Shown: positions 10,072 to 19,902 of the stretch, piece after piece
Numbering within the stretch: the stretch's first letter is position 1
Layout of the letters: every line of letters begins with the position of its first letter
Assembly (NCBI GenBank): GCA_034530615.2
Contig: JAVRCV020000027.1
Coordinates: forward strand, 1 to 60,438
Reading direction: 5' to 3'
Length of the DNA: 60,438 nt
Source of the DNA: Aulosira sp. ZfuVER01
GTDB lineage: Bacteria > Cyanobacteriota > Cyanobacteriia > Cyanobacteriales > Nostocaceae
Position numbers and translations under genes: made by a program
Notes under the pieces: model-generated
What the model was told of the DNA's origin: nothing
Seen by the model: only the letters and a program-made list of their open reading frames with translations
The model's database searches: none

Positions 10072-10332
10072 ATAAGATAACATGCCTAAAGTTACATTTT
10101 GAAGGCTCTTTAGATTTGCCCATAATTAAGTCAAATGACAAAAGAAAAATGCCATACCTAAATAAAAACCCCTCTAAAGTTGGAGAGGTTTTGTAGTTGG
10201 CATTCTGATAAAGATTCAGTTCGTTCTGAACAACGCTAACTTTGGGCTGTTTCCTCTACTCCCGGCAAAAAAAAGATGCGCGATCGCGCATCTGGTAAAA
10301 ACTTAACTACTATGTATATCTCCTGTCTGATG

Positions 10333-11460
10333 CTATTTTTGGCTGATTGTAGGTGGAGTGATTGCTGCGTACTGTTCAGATGTCAGTGTGGCTTCTTGAA
10401 TATTGATAGGTTTAGGAATCAAGCCATTTTTATGGAAGTAATCTGCAATTCGCTGTTGTTCCCTAATTAAATCTGGAGAAATAGCTCTCAATCCATAAGA
10501 ACGACGGCTAATTACCAAGTCCATCACATCTGGAGGGAGTTTTTGGTACGGTGCGATTAGCTTTGCCGTCTCTTTGGGATTGGCTTCTGCCCAACGCTCA
10601 ATTTTATCTATTTCCTCAATAACTATCCGCAATAATTCCGGATTATCAGTTGCAAATTGCTTTGTCCCAATATAGTATCCACCGGGTGAATCAAGCCCTT
10701 GGGAGTTTTTGAGAATTCTGACTTTACCCAATCTTTCAGCTCGAGCTAGATGAGGATCGCCAGTTACCCAAACGGGTATTTTTCCTTCTAAAAAAGCACT
10801 AGCAGCTTCTACGTTAGGTATGCTCAGGACTTGAATATCACTATATTGTAAACCCGCATCTTCTAAAGCTCTAAGGATGAAATAGTGAGATGCAGAAGCT
10901 TTTTGGAAGACTACTTTTTGCCCTTTAATATCTTTGATACTCTTAATTGGAGAATCTGGAGGAACTGCGATCGCACTTCCTTTACCAGTATTTTCAGTTC
11001 TTCGCCGACCAACAATATAAGCGATCTGAGCACCAGCTGCTTGGGCAAAAATGGGGGGTGTTTCTCCTACTGAACCCAAGTCTATTTTGCCGACATTCAT
11101 CGCTTCCATCAGTTGCGGCCCTTGGGCAAATTGTGCCCATTCCACCTTGACTCCCAAGGGTTCCAAACGCTTTTCTAGTACGTTCGTGATTCTAACTAAA
11201 TCACCAGCTTGTTGATACCCCATCCGGAGTACTTTAGTTTTGATACCCGATGTCTTAGTATCCGATACATTACTAGTCGGAGATTGGCTATCTGCTTTTT
11301 GGCTTTGTTGGGTGCAACTGACTAGCGTCAAAGAAGTTGCTAGAGTTAACAATCCAGGCGCTAAAAGCAGTGTCAAGCGGCGAAAGATATTGATATATGA
11401 AGGTTTAACTGTGGCAACCATAGGTTTTCTGTAAAAAAATTTCAGCTTGTTTGTCGGCAA
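10333..11460 (-). CDS. ssuA: Aliphatic sulfonate-type ABC substrate-binding lipoprotein
   Basis: FAQGPQLMEAMNVGKIDLGSVGETPPIFAQAAG; lipobox LVSC; start may be the ATG near 11421. Confidence 0.85.
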   Translation of the reverse strand: MPTNKLKFFYRKPMVATVKPSYINIFRRLTLLLAPGLLTLATSLTLVSCTQQSQKADSQSPTSNVSDTKTSGIKTKVLRMGYQQAGDLVRITNVLEKRLEPLGVKVEWAQFAQGPQLMEAMNVGKIDLGSVGETPPIFAQAAGAQIAYIVGRRRTENTGKGSAIAVPPDSPIKSIKDIKGQKVVFQKASASHYFILRALEDAGLQYSDIQVLSIPNVEAASAFLEGKIPVWVTGDPHLARAERLGKVRILKNSQGLDSPGGYYIGTKQFATDNPELLRIVIEEIDKIERWAEANPKETAKLIAPYQKLPPDVMDLVISRRSYGLRAISPDLIREQQRIADYFHKNGLIPKPINIQEATLTSEQYAAITPPTISQK

Positions 11461-11662
11461 GCACTCGATCCCTGCACCGATCTCGTCTTCAACCGTAAAT
11501 ATCCAGAGGTTTTTTGGAGGGACACTCTTTCAATTCAATAATTTTTTGCACCAGCAATACTTTTGCAAATAATGCTCATTTTTCGCAAAAGCTATTTTTG
11601 CTTGATTCTCAAAGTGTCTGAAGGATGGATCTGTGCAGTATTTGCATCAGAAGCAAATTAAA

Positions 11663-11688
11663 TACGGTTTGTCGATCGGTATATCGAT
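11663..11688. promoter_or_regulatory. 26-bp operator, one deviant arm
   Basis: TACGGTTTGTCGATCGGTATATCGAT, ATC at motif positions 13-15. Confidence 0.5.
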
Positions 11689-12070
11689 GTTTCTCTTAGC
11701 AGTATTACACAACCCTAGTGGGAATACAAGCCTAAAATTTCGCTACACTCATTTTGATGAAAAACCGGGAGATTTTTGGTTCATCCAACAAGCCGTAAAC
11801 CCTCATGTCCCTATTCCTAATGCGGGCAAATACCTAACCAAGCATCCGTAGTACGCTACCAAATGCCGAGCCAATTCATAAAAAACCTAGAGGGTATCTG
11901 TCCCCAAGCTTTTGGTACTTTATTTACTTCTACCGGGAAGATCCCATATGTAGCGATAGCAGAGTGTGTGGGAGTGTCAACGAGAGTGCCTTTGCTCGAG
12001 TGAAGTCTCTCAACCAATAGAGTTCCACGTGATACCAATTCACGAAAATCCTGATACAGATAGATTTTTC

Positions 12071-12100
12071 GTAGGGGTTTAGCAATGCTAAACCCTCTAC
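12071..12100. repeat. GTAG-type REP-like palindrome / terminator at folE 3' end
   Basis: GTAGGGGTTTAGCAATGCTAAACCCTCTAC. Confidence 0.55.
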
Positions 12101-12735
12101 CACTCAGCTTTATGACTAATTAAACTGAATAATTCTTCACGAGTTTTTTGATTGTCTTGAAAAACTCCTAACAAAGAGCTGGTGACAGTCCAAGAACCTG
12201 GTTTTTGCACACCACGCATTACCATACACATATGAGTAGCTTCAATGACAACAGCAACACCCTGAGGTTGAAGTATAGTTTGAATGGCTTCAGCTATTTG
12301 TTTAGTTAACCTCTCCTGTACTTGCAAACGACGAGAATACATTTCCACAATGCGAGCAAGTTTACTCAGTCCGACAACTTTTTGATTAGGGATATAAGCA
12401 ATATGTGCTTTACCCATAAACGGCAAAATATGGTGTTCGCACAAGCTAAAAATATCAATATCTCGAACTAATACCATCTCGTTGTGGCCTTCATCAAAGA
12501 TGGCTCCGTTAATAATTGCTTCTAAAGATTGGTGATATCCACTAGTGAGAAACCGCATAGCCTGTGCGACTCGCTTATCTGTTTTCAGCAGTCCTTCACG
12601 TTCGGGATTTTCACCAATACCTAGCAATAGTGTGCGCACGGAGTCTATAATTGGGTCGTTAAGTTCCTGTGGCGATGCTAGTAAATTCTCGGTATATGTA
12701 TTGCTGTCGAAATAATAATCAAGTTCAGTAGTCAT
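12097..12735 (-). CDS. folE: GTP cyclohydrolase I
   Basis: [40 protein letters not shown]. Confidence 0.95.
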   Translation of the reverse strand: MTTELDYYFDSNTYTENLLASPQELNDPIIDSVRTLLLGIGENPEREGLLKTDKRVAQAMRFLTSGYHQSLEAIINGAIFDEGHNEMVLVRDIDIFSLCEHHILPFMGKAHIAYIPNQKVVGLSKLARIVEMYSRRLQVQERLTKQIAEAIQTILQPQGVAVVIEATHMCMVMRGVQKPGSWTVTSSLLGVFQDNQKTREELFSLISHKAEW

Positions 12736-12746
12736 TCGCGATTAAA

Positions 12747-13457
12747 TTAGAGACAATTTGGCGAGCCAGATAGCTTTGTGGCAGTTGTATAGATAAAATA
12801 ATGCTCTGTTACTTTGACATCAGCTTGAAAACCGACTTGTACCAGTTTATTTTGCAGTTCATCAGGCTGATAAAAAATTTTGACAATTTGAAATTCTTGC
12901 CCATCATTTAACTTACGGCTTTTGTATATACTGCCATCATCATTAAGAATGTGGTTATTAGCTGTAGATGTCGGCTCAAAACGCGAGTCAACAATAAATA
13001 GTTTGCCACCGACACGCACAGATTTATAGACTTTTAGCAAAAATGAGTCAAGTAATTCGGGTGGAACATGAGATAGCCAGAAGGAGAAAAAAACTAGATC
13101 GTATTCAGCATCAGGTTCCCAAGCAAATAAATCAATTTGGTGATATTTTACATGAGGTGAATTTAACTTGCTGCGATTAATTTTGATGACTTCTTCTGAA
13201 GCGTCAATTGCAGTAATTCTCTTGCCAAATTTCAAAAGTTCTTGTGTCCAAATTCCCGTACCACTGGCTAGCTCTAAGATTTCCTCAGCTTGTCCAATTT
13301 GTTGTAAAGCCTGTTTGACAATATCAATTTGTTTGAACCAACGCTGGTTGAGTTCCTCACCGCGATCGTAACGACCAAGGCGATAGAACCACTCATCATA
13401 TTCGTTGGCTCTAGCACTATAATAGGCAATTTGTTGTTGCAGAATGCGATCTGTCAT
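12747..13457 (-). CDS. Class I SAM-dependent methyltransferase
   Basis: ILELASGTGIWT, AIDAS, YDLVFFSFWLSHVP; start at MTDRIL. Confidence 0.85.
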   Translation of the reverse strand: MTDRILQQQIAYYSARANEYDEWFYRLGRYDRGEELNQRWFKQIDIVKQALQQIGQAEEILELASGTGIWTQELLKFGKRITAIDASEEVIKINRSKLNSPHVKYHQIDLFAWEPDAEYDLVFFSFWLSHVPPELLDSFLLKVYKSVRVGGKLFIVDSRFEPTSTANNHILNDDGSIYKSRKLNDGQEFQIVKIFYQPDELQNKLVQVGFQADVKVTEHYFIYTTATKLSGSPNCL

Positions 13458-13507
13458 TGCCAGCCGATCGTCCGATCTGATCAATTCCTGATAAATTTTA
13501 ACTTATT

Positions 13508-13533
13508 TACTGTATCTTGATAAATATACAGTA
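13508..13533. promoter_or_regulatory. 26-bp palindromic operator
   Basis: Reverse complement TACTGTATATTTATCAAGATACAGTA, upstream of methyltransferase-folE. Confidence 0.75.
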
Positions 13534-13642
13534 GTATTATCTGAAATAGTTTTATAGCTTGCTTTCACACGCCATAGTTTCCTCGACTTCTCAGTAATTC
13601 TTGAGAGACTGTTTGTTGTTAGGTGATATTTTTTCAGTTATC

Positions 13643-13668
13643 TACGGTTAACAAATCGATTTACTGCA
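13643..13668. promoter_or_regulatory. 26-bp palindromic operator
   Basis: TACGGTTAACAAATCGATTTACTGCA, upstream of the ssuA-flavoprotein operon. Confidence 0.7.
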
Positions 13669-13687
13669 CTTTTTGGTTGTTTCATAG

Positions 13688-14788
13688 GTGTTTACCATTA
13701 AAAGCAGAGTATTTATGTTGTCCAAGTTTTTTCAATCTCGATTCTTAAACATTTTGCTCGGCTTTCTCCAAAGGTTTCAGCAACGAAGAATTCGCATGTT
13801 TCTGCTACTGTTTGCCGCCGGACTCGGCTTAGTTCTATTTGTTTCGGCTTGTTCTTCAAACACGAGCGATCGCGCAGCAACAACGCAGGCAGCAGCTACA
13901 CCTACTCAGAGTGCCGCAGCCAGCAGTACTGTGGTTCGGATCGGCTTTCAGAAAGCGGGAACTATTTTAAGTGCATTGAAAGCAAGAGGAGACTTAGAAA
14001 AAGCTTTGGCTTCCTCTGGTGCTTCTGTCACCTGGGCTGAATTTCCATCAGGCCCCCCAATGTTAGAGGCTATTAACGCCGGCAGTATAGACTTTGGCTA
14101 CACCGGAGAATCACCGCCAATATTTGCCCAAGCTGCAGGTACGCCTTTAGTATATGTTGCCTACGATCCTTGGAGTCCGAAGGCGGAAGCTATCGTCGTT
14201 CACAAAGATTCACCTATTAAAACAGTGGCCGACCTCAAAGGTAAAAAAGTCGCCTTCGCTAAAGGTTCCAACACTAACTACTTGGTAGTGAAAGCCCTGG
14301 AAAAAGCCGGACTAAAGTATAACGACATCCAGGCAACTCTTCTCCAGCCTGCGGATGCGCGTGCTGCTTTTGAAGGTAAGAACGTTGATGCTTGGGCAAT
14401 TTGGGACCCCTACTTAGCTTTAGCAGAGAAAGCAACAGGGGCACGTACCCTAACCGATGCTACAGGATTAGCCCCCAATCGTGGTTATTATCTGGCGGCT
14501 AAGTCTTTTAGCGAAGCCCATGCAGATACTTTAAAAATAGTTCTAGATGAAGTAAAAAAGACTAGCGATTGGGCAAAGAATAATCCTGCTGAAGTTGCGA
14601 AATTTCTCTCGCCTGCATTGGGTATTGATGCTGACGTTTTAGAAGTAGCAGAAAAGCGGCGCGATTATGGTGTACTTCCCCTTACTGATGAAGTGATTGC
14701 TGGACAGCAACAGATAGCCGACGCTTTTTACAAAATCAAACTTGTGCCGAAACAAATTAATGTCAAAGACATAGTTTGGCGTAATTAG
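13688..14788 (+). CDS. ssuA: Aliphatic sulfonate-type ABC substrate-binding lipoprotein
   Basis: VRIGFQK, EFPSGPPMLEAINAGSIDFGYTGESPPIFAQAAG, DAWAIWDPY; lipobox VSAC; exact start uncertain. Confidence 0.9.
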   Translation: MFTIKSRVFMLSKFFQSRFLNILLGFLQRFQQRRIRMFLLLFAAGLGLVLFVSACSSNTSDRAATTQAAATPTQSAAASSTVVRIGFQKAGTILSALKARGDLEKALASSGASVTWAEFPSGPPMLEAINAGSIDFGYTGESPPIFAQAAGTPLVYVAYDPWSPKAEAIVVHKDSPIKTVADLKGKKVAFAKGSNTNYLVVKALEKAGLKYNDIQATLLQPADARAAFEGKNVDAWAIWDPYLALAEKATGARTLTDATGLAPNRGYYLAAKSFSEAHADTLKIVLDEVKKTSDWAKNNPAEVAKFLSPALGIDADVLEVAEKRRDYGVLPLTDEVIAGQQQIADAFYKIKLVPKQINVKDIVWRN

Positions 14789-14863
14789 GGCACAGGGCAT
14801 TGATTATTTCCTATCTGCTTCCTTGTCCCCCTTGTCCCTCTTATCTTTAACTCAGGTGATCGT

Positions 14864-16573
14864 ATGGAAACAACAACCCAATGGATAAAAACCGATGTGT
14901 TAGTGATTGGCGGTGGTACAGCGGGGACGATGGCGGGAATTAAGGCGAAACAGGCTAATCCAGCGGCACAAGTGCTGATTCTGGAGAAGGCTAATATTCG
15001 TCGCAGTGGTGCGATCGCAATGGGAATGGATGGTGTAAATACAGCAGTCATCCCTGGATACTCTACGCCAGAACAGTACGTCCGCGAAGTCACCATTGCT
15101 AACGATGGTATTCTCCATCAAAAAGCCGTCTATCAAACCGCAAAGCTAGGCTACGAAACCATTCAAGAACTCGAAAGTTGGGGTGTTAAGTTCCAAAAAG
15201 ACCCCCAAGGAAATTACGATGTGAAGCAAGTGCATCGGGTAGGCAAATATGTATTGCCAATGCCCGAAGGTAAAGATCTGAAAACCATTCTTACCAGACA
15301 GGTAAAGCGCCATAAAGTCAATGTCACCAACCGCGTCATGGCGACGAGGGTTTTAGTAAAAGAAGGAAGAGCGATCGGTGCAGTTGGGCTTGATGTGCGT
15401 GGTGGTGATTTTGTTGTTATCCAAGCCAAAGCCGTCATTCTTTGTACAGGCGCTTGCGGACGGTTGGGATTACCTGCATCAGGCTATCTCTACGGCACTT
15501 ATGAAAATCCCACTAATGCCGGTGATGGTTACTCAATGGCTTACCACGCAGGTGCAGAATTGAGTAATATCGAATGCTTTCAAATTAACCCCTTAATTAA
15601 AGACTACAACGGCCCGGCTTGTGCATATGTTGCCGGGCCTTTTGGTGCATATACCGCCAACGCAGAAGGACACCGCTTCATTAATTGTGATTATTGGAGT
15701 GGTCAAATGATGCTAGAGATTTGGAAAGAATTGAACTCTGGTAAAGGGCCAATTCAGTTGAAAATGACGCATTTAGATGAAGATACTATTTCCGAAATTG
15801 AGTCTATTTTATGGTCAAACGAACGACCCAGCCGAGGACGCTTCCATGAAGGTAGAGGCGAAGACTACCGCACCCACGGTATTGAAATGAATATCTCAGA
15901 AATTGGCTTATGTAGCGGACATAGTGCTTCTGGTGTTTGGGTGAATGAAAAAGCAGAAACCACAGTACCAGGATTGTATGCAGCTGGAGATATGGCAAGT
16001 GTTCCTCATAACTATATGATTGGGGTATTTGTATTTGGTCGTTTGGCAGGAACTCATGCAGTTGAGTACATCCAAGATGTGGAACATTTAGAACCCGATC
16101 CAGATTTTCTAGCAGCAGAAAAAGCGAGGATTTATGCACCATTGAGTCAGCCGAATAGGATTCCTCATACTCAGGTTGAATATAAGTTACGGCGATTAGT
16201 AAACGACTACTTACAACCACCAAAATCAAATTACAAAATGGAGATTGGGCTGAAAAGTTTTGTCCGCTATCATGATACTTTGGCACAAATGGGAGCGCGC
16301 GATCCTCACGAACTTATGCGCTGTATAGAAGTGCATTTTATTAGAGATTGTGCAGAGATGGCTGCACGAGCATCAATATATCGACGAGAAAGTCGCTGGG
16401 GACTTTATCATTATCATTTAGATTTTCCGGAAAAGAATAATCAAGAGTGGTTTTGTCATGTGAATTTGAAAAAGAATGAAGTAGGGGAAATGGTGTTATT
16501 TAAGCGTCCTGTTGAACCTTATATTGTGGAGGTTGATTTAGGAACAGAGGTTTATGATGTAGCGGTGAGATAA
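14864..16573 (+). CDS. Fumarate reductase/APS reductase-family flavoprotein subunit
   Basis: DVLVIGGGTAG FAD motif, RSGAIAMGMDG, TTVPGLYAAGD, RRESRWG. Confidence 0.85.
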   Translation: METTTQWIKTDVLVIGGGTAGTMAGIKAKQANPAAQVLILEKANIRRSGAIAMGMDGVNTAVIPGYSTPEQYVREVTIANDGILHQKAVYQTAKLGYETIQELESWGVKFQKDPQGNYDVKQVHRVGKYVLPMPEGKDLKTILTRQVKRHKVNVTNRVMATRVLVKEGRAIGAVGLDVRGGDFVVIQAKAVILCTGACGRLGLPASGYLYGTYENPTNAGDGYSMAYHAGAELSNIECFQINPLIKDYNGPACAYVAGPFGAYTANAEGHRFINCDYWSGQMMLEIWKELNSGKGPIQLKMTHLDEDTISEIESILWSNERPSRGRFHEGRGEDYRTHGIEMNISEIGLCSGHSASGVWVNEKAETTVPGLYAAGDMASVPHNYMIGVFVFGRLAGTHAVEYIQDVEHLEPDPDFLAAEKARIYAPLSQPNRIPHTQVEYKLRRLVNDYLQPPKSNYKMEIGLKSFVRYHDTLAQMGARDPHELMRCIEVHFIRDCAEMAARASIYRRESRWGLYHYHLDFPEKNNQEWFCHVNLKKNEVGEMVLFKRPVEPYIVEVDLGTEVYDVAVR

Positions 16574-16663
16574 GTTAATGAGTAATTAACCGCCGATATA
16601 GACGCCCAAAGGGCGGCTTCCCGAAGGGTACGCTGATAAACGCCGATAAAAAACTCGCTGCTA

Positions 16664-17131
16664 ATGACTAAAGATAAAATCCAAATAAGATTGGCTGAGG
16701 CTAAAGATGCAGAGCGAATTGCTATTCTTTGTGAGCAACTTGGATATTTTGCTACGCCGCAGCAGATAGAGCAACGCCTTGTACAAATCCAAAATAATAA
16801 AAGTCATGTCATTTATGTTGCTACTTTAGCAAATGATTATGTTATTGGGTGGGCACACGCTCATACTTGTGATTTAATAATGATTCCCACTCAAGCATTA
16901 CTTTTAGGTTTAGTGGTAGATGAAGATTATCGTCATGCAGGAATTGGACGTAAATTAATGCAGGATATTGAAGATTGGGCTGCTTTAGTTGGATGTGAAG
17001 AGATTATTCTACGTTCTAATATTAAACGCACAGAGGCTCACATTTTTTATGAAAAAATTGGTTACACCAATACCAAACAGTCAATAACGTTTTATAAGAA
17101 AATTGGGTATTTTGCAGATGCCTCTTTATGA
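16664..17131 (+). CDS. GNAT acetyltransferase
   Basis: LVVDEDYRHAGIGRKLM; AHIFYEKIGY. Confidence 0.85.
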   Translation: MTKDKIQIRLAEAKDAERIAILCEQLGYFATPQQIEQRLVQIQNNKSHVIYVATLANDYVIGWAHAHTCDLIMIPTQALLLGLVVDEDYRHAGIGRKLMQDIEDWAALVGCEEIILRSNIKRTEAHIFYEKIGYTNTKQSITFYKKIGYFADASL

Positions 17132-17900
17132 TTCAATTGGTAAACAATATACAAAAACTCGCATTCCTGACTATCGCATTGTCCAGAAGATAATCGACTT
17201 ACTCAATTTACCTCAAGGTAGCATTATTGCTGATATTGGGGCTGGCACTGGTGGTTACTCACAAGCGCTAGCTAATCAAGGATTTTCTGTTTATGCTGTA
17301 GAACCATCATCGGTAATGCGTACACAAGCATTAGAACATCCACAAGTGAAATGGTTTGCTGGATATGCAGAAGCTTTACCTTTACCTGATAAATCTGTTG
17401 ATGCAGTAATTAGTATTCTGACAATTCATCATTTTTCTGATTTAGCAAAGTCATTTCAAGAAATGCATCGGATTACTAAATATGGAACAATTATATTGTT
17501 AAGTTTTGATATTAGATTTGCTCAAAAAATATGGTTATATGATTATTTCCCTTGGTTGTGGGAAGATGCATTAAAATTTATCCCACTAAATGAAATTACA
17601 AGTTTGCTTGAGACGAATACTCAAAGAGTTATTGAAGTCATACCTTTTATGTTACCCTCCGATTTATCTGATTTATTTGCCGCAGCAGCTTGGAAAAGAC
17701 CTGAGTTGTATCTTCAGCCAGAAGTGCGTGCGGGAATATCTTCTTTTGCTTTAGGTAATCAAGATTTGATTGAATCTGGTGTTAAATCTCTAGCAGCAGA
17801 TTTAAGTAGTGGTGAATGGAATACAAAGTATGGAGATATTTGTCAGTTAACAGAAATTGATGTGGGTTATCGTTTTTTGAAAGCAGAAATTACTAATTAA
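17118..17900 (+). CDS. Class I SAM-dependent methyltransferase
   Basis: IADIGAGTGGYS, AVEPS, AEALPLPDKSVD. Confidence 0.85.
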   Translation: MPLYDSIGKQYTKTRIPDYRIVQKIIDLLNLPQGSIIADIGAGTGGYSQALANQGFSVYAVEPSSVMRTQALEHPQVKWFAGYAEALPLPDKSVDAVISILTIHHFSDLAKSFQEMHRITKYGTIILLSFDIRFAQKIWLYDYFPWLWEDALKFIPLNEITSLLETNTQRVIEVIPFMLPSDLSDLFAAAAWKRPELYLQPEVRAGISSFALGNQDLIESGVKSLAADLSSGEWNTKYGDICQLTEIDVGYRFLKAEITN

Positions 17901-17995
17901 AATTATTACACTTAAATCATCCGTGAAATATTAATCTTTCTGTAGGGTAGGCATTGCTTAAATGACAAAGATACTAACAATCACAGAGGTGTCAG

Positions 17996-18223
17996 ATGGC
18001 TTTAATTAATCAAAGAGTAGATGTTCCTGTTATTGTAGACGAGTCTAAATGTTTAGAAAAATGTAGGGTTTGCATTGAAGTTTGTCCGCTTGATGTACTA
18101 GCCAAAAATCCCGAAACTGGCAAAGCTTACATGAAATATGATGAATGCTGGTTCTGTCTTCCTTGCGAAAGAGAATGTCCAACAAATGCAATTAAGGTGC
18201 AAATTCCTTTCTTGTTACGTTAA
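17996..18223 (+). CDS. 2x[4Fe-4S] ferredoxin (AprB-like partner)
   Basis: CLEKCRVCIEVCP and CWFCLPCERECP. Confidence 0.9.
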   Translation: MALINQRVDVPVIVDESKCLEKCRVCIEVCPLDVLAKNPETGKAYMKYDECWFCLPCERECPTNAIKVQIPFLLR

Positions 18224-18360
18224 AGATATAGTCCCAGAATAATTTTTTCATAGTAATGCCTACCCTCCAGTGTGATTAGTGTTTACTAAAAAACATCCAC
18301 AAAAAATTAGAGGAATAAAAAAGCGATCGCTAGTGGTTAAGAATGTTCTCAGGATACAAA

Positions 18361-19323
18361 ATGTCTGCACATATAGATTCTGAATTAAATGAATGGTTGC
18401 AAATGTTGCGATCGCTTACATCAGGCGATCGCCTAGTCGCAGTCAAAACGCTGCAACACTTGGGGGATGAAGCGGCTCTTGATGCGCTAATTCTAGCTTT
18501 GCAAGACGAAAGCACCGCCGTGCAAAAAATCGCTGTCACTGCTTTATGGGAACTTGCCAATCCCGCTGCTATTCCGGCTTTATTACCCTGTCTAGCTTCA
18601 TCAGATGCAGAAATTCGCACTGAGGCGCTGTCAGCTTTGGGTGAGTTGGTAAGTTCAGAACATTTGCTGCTGTTATTAGATGCGTTGCAGCAAGAAGATA
18701 TCAACCTACAACTAAACGTATTAATTTTGTTGCGAAAGATACACGATGCCCAGTCTCTCCCGGCGGTACTATCCTTTTTTGAGTCAGAACATCCTCAATT
18801 ACGAGAAGCGGCTGTGACTACTCTTAGCTATCTCAATCAAGTGCAGATATACCCACCAGCCTTACCTTTAATTAGCGATCGCGATGATAGTGTGCGTCGT
18901 GCAGCTGCTCTAACTTTAGGTCATTTTGCAGATGCCGATATCGTAAATTTACTGTGTAATGCTCTAATACAGGATACAGATTGGCAAGTACGCCGCAATG
19001 CTGCTAAGTCTCTCGCACTTCATGCTGATGCCAAAATTACTCCTACTGTACTAATTTCATTGAAAGATGAACATTGGCAGGTAAGAAAATTTGCCATTCA
19101 AATATTACAAAAAATCACCGATATCCAGTCTTTACCTGCACTCATTGAAGCCCTAACAGATGAGTATTCAGATGTGAGAAAAGAAGCTGCGATCGCTCTT
19201 GGGAATTTAGGTAAACCTGAAGCTATAAACGCTCTTCAACAAGCGCTAGACGATCCCGATCGGGAGGTTAGTATCTACGCACAAAAAGCAATTCAAAAAA
19301 TAGGAAAGCAAACAAAAACATAA
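18361..19323 (+). CDS. HEAT-repeat (PBS lyase-like) protein
   Basis: Repeated L..AL.D....VR..AA.ALG units; ATG at 18343 also possible. Confidence 0.85.
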   Translation: MSAHIDSELNEWLQMLRSLTSGDRLVAVKTLQHLGDEAALDALILALQDESTAVQKIAVTALWELANPAAIPALLPCLASSDAEIRTEALSALGELVSSEHLLLLLDALQQEDINLQLNVLILLRKIHDAQSLPAVLSFFESEHPQLREAAVTTLSYLNQVQIYPPALPLISDRDDSVRRAAALTLGHFADADIVNLLCNALIQDTDWQVRRNAAKSLALHADAKITPTVLISLKDEHWQVRKFAIQILQKITDIQSLPALIEALTDEYSDVRKEAAIALGNLGKPEAINALQQALDDPDREVSIYAQKAIQKIGKQTKT

Positions 19324-19336
19324 TACGGACACAGCC

Positions 19337-19843
19337 TTATAATTTCTCTGGTGATAAAGCAATAAATCCAGTTTTCACGCCGCGTTTGAATCCTGCTTGC
19401 TCATAAAAGCGCAAAGTTTCCTCGCGGTTTGAACTAGTTAAAAGCATTACTTTATAACACTTTTGCTGCCATGCAATATTTAAAGCATAACGTAGCACCT
19501 GTGTACCCAATCCCTGTTTTCGATAATCGGTATGAGTAACAACATTTTCAATAATACCGTATGGACGTGCGCCGCGTGTCAGGTTAGGAACAATTACTAA
19601 ATTACAGGTCGATACTAACTTACCAGCAATGTCTGACACAATATAAAAAAGACTTGGATTACATATAATTTTATCCCACATCGACTGCAAAATATGCTCA
19701 TCAGGTAAAGGCGCATCTGCTGGATTCAAATGTTGATATAAACTCAGCAGTTGTGGAAGTTCATCGCGTGTAATTAAACGAATCGTGATGATTGTATCTG
19801 GCAAATTAGCTATGTTAATAAACTGTGGTTTTGCTATAGACAT
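19337..19843 (-). CDS. GNAT acetyltransferase
   Basis: IENVVTHTDYRKQGLG; CYKVMLLT; FYEQAGF. Confidence 0.85.
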   Translation of the reverse strand: MSIAKPQFINIANLPDTIITIRLITRDELPQLLSLYQHLNPADAPLPDEHILQSMWDKIICNPSLFYIVSDIAGKLVSTCNLVIVPNLTRGARPYGIIENVVTHTDYRKQGLGTQVLRYALNIAWQQKCYKVMLLTSSNREETLRFYEQAGFKRGVKTGFIALSPEKL

Positions 19844-19902
19844 AAATAAAGATATTTACTAAATAAAAAAACTGTAGATTGCGCTCCCTTGGAATAACGC
19901 AT

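Noticed and set aside
11700..12050. Short ORFs between ssuA and folE
   Set aside because: No confident family motif; possibly decayed coding DNA.
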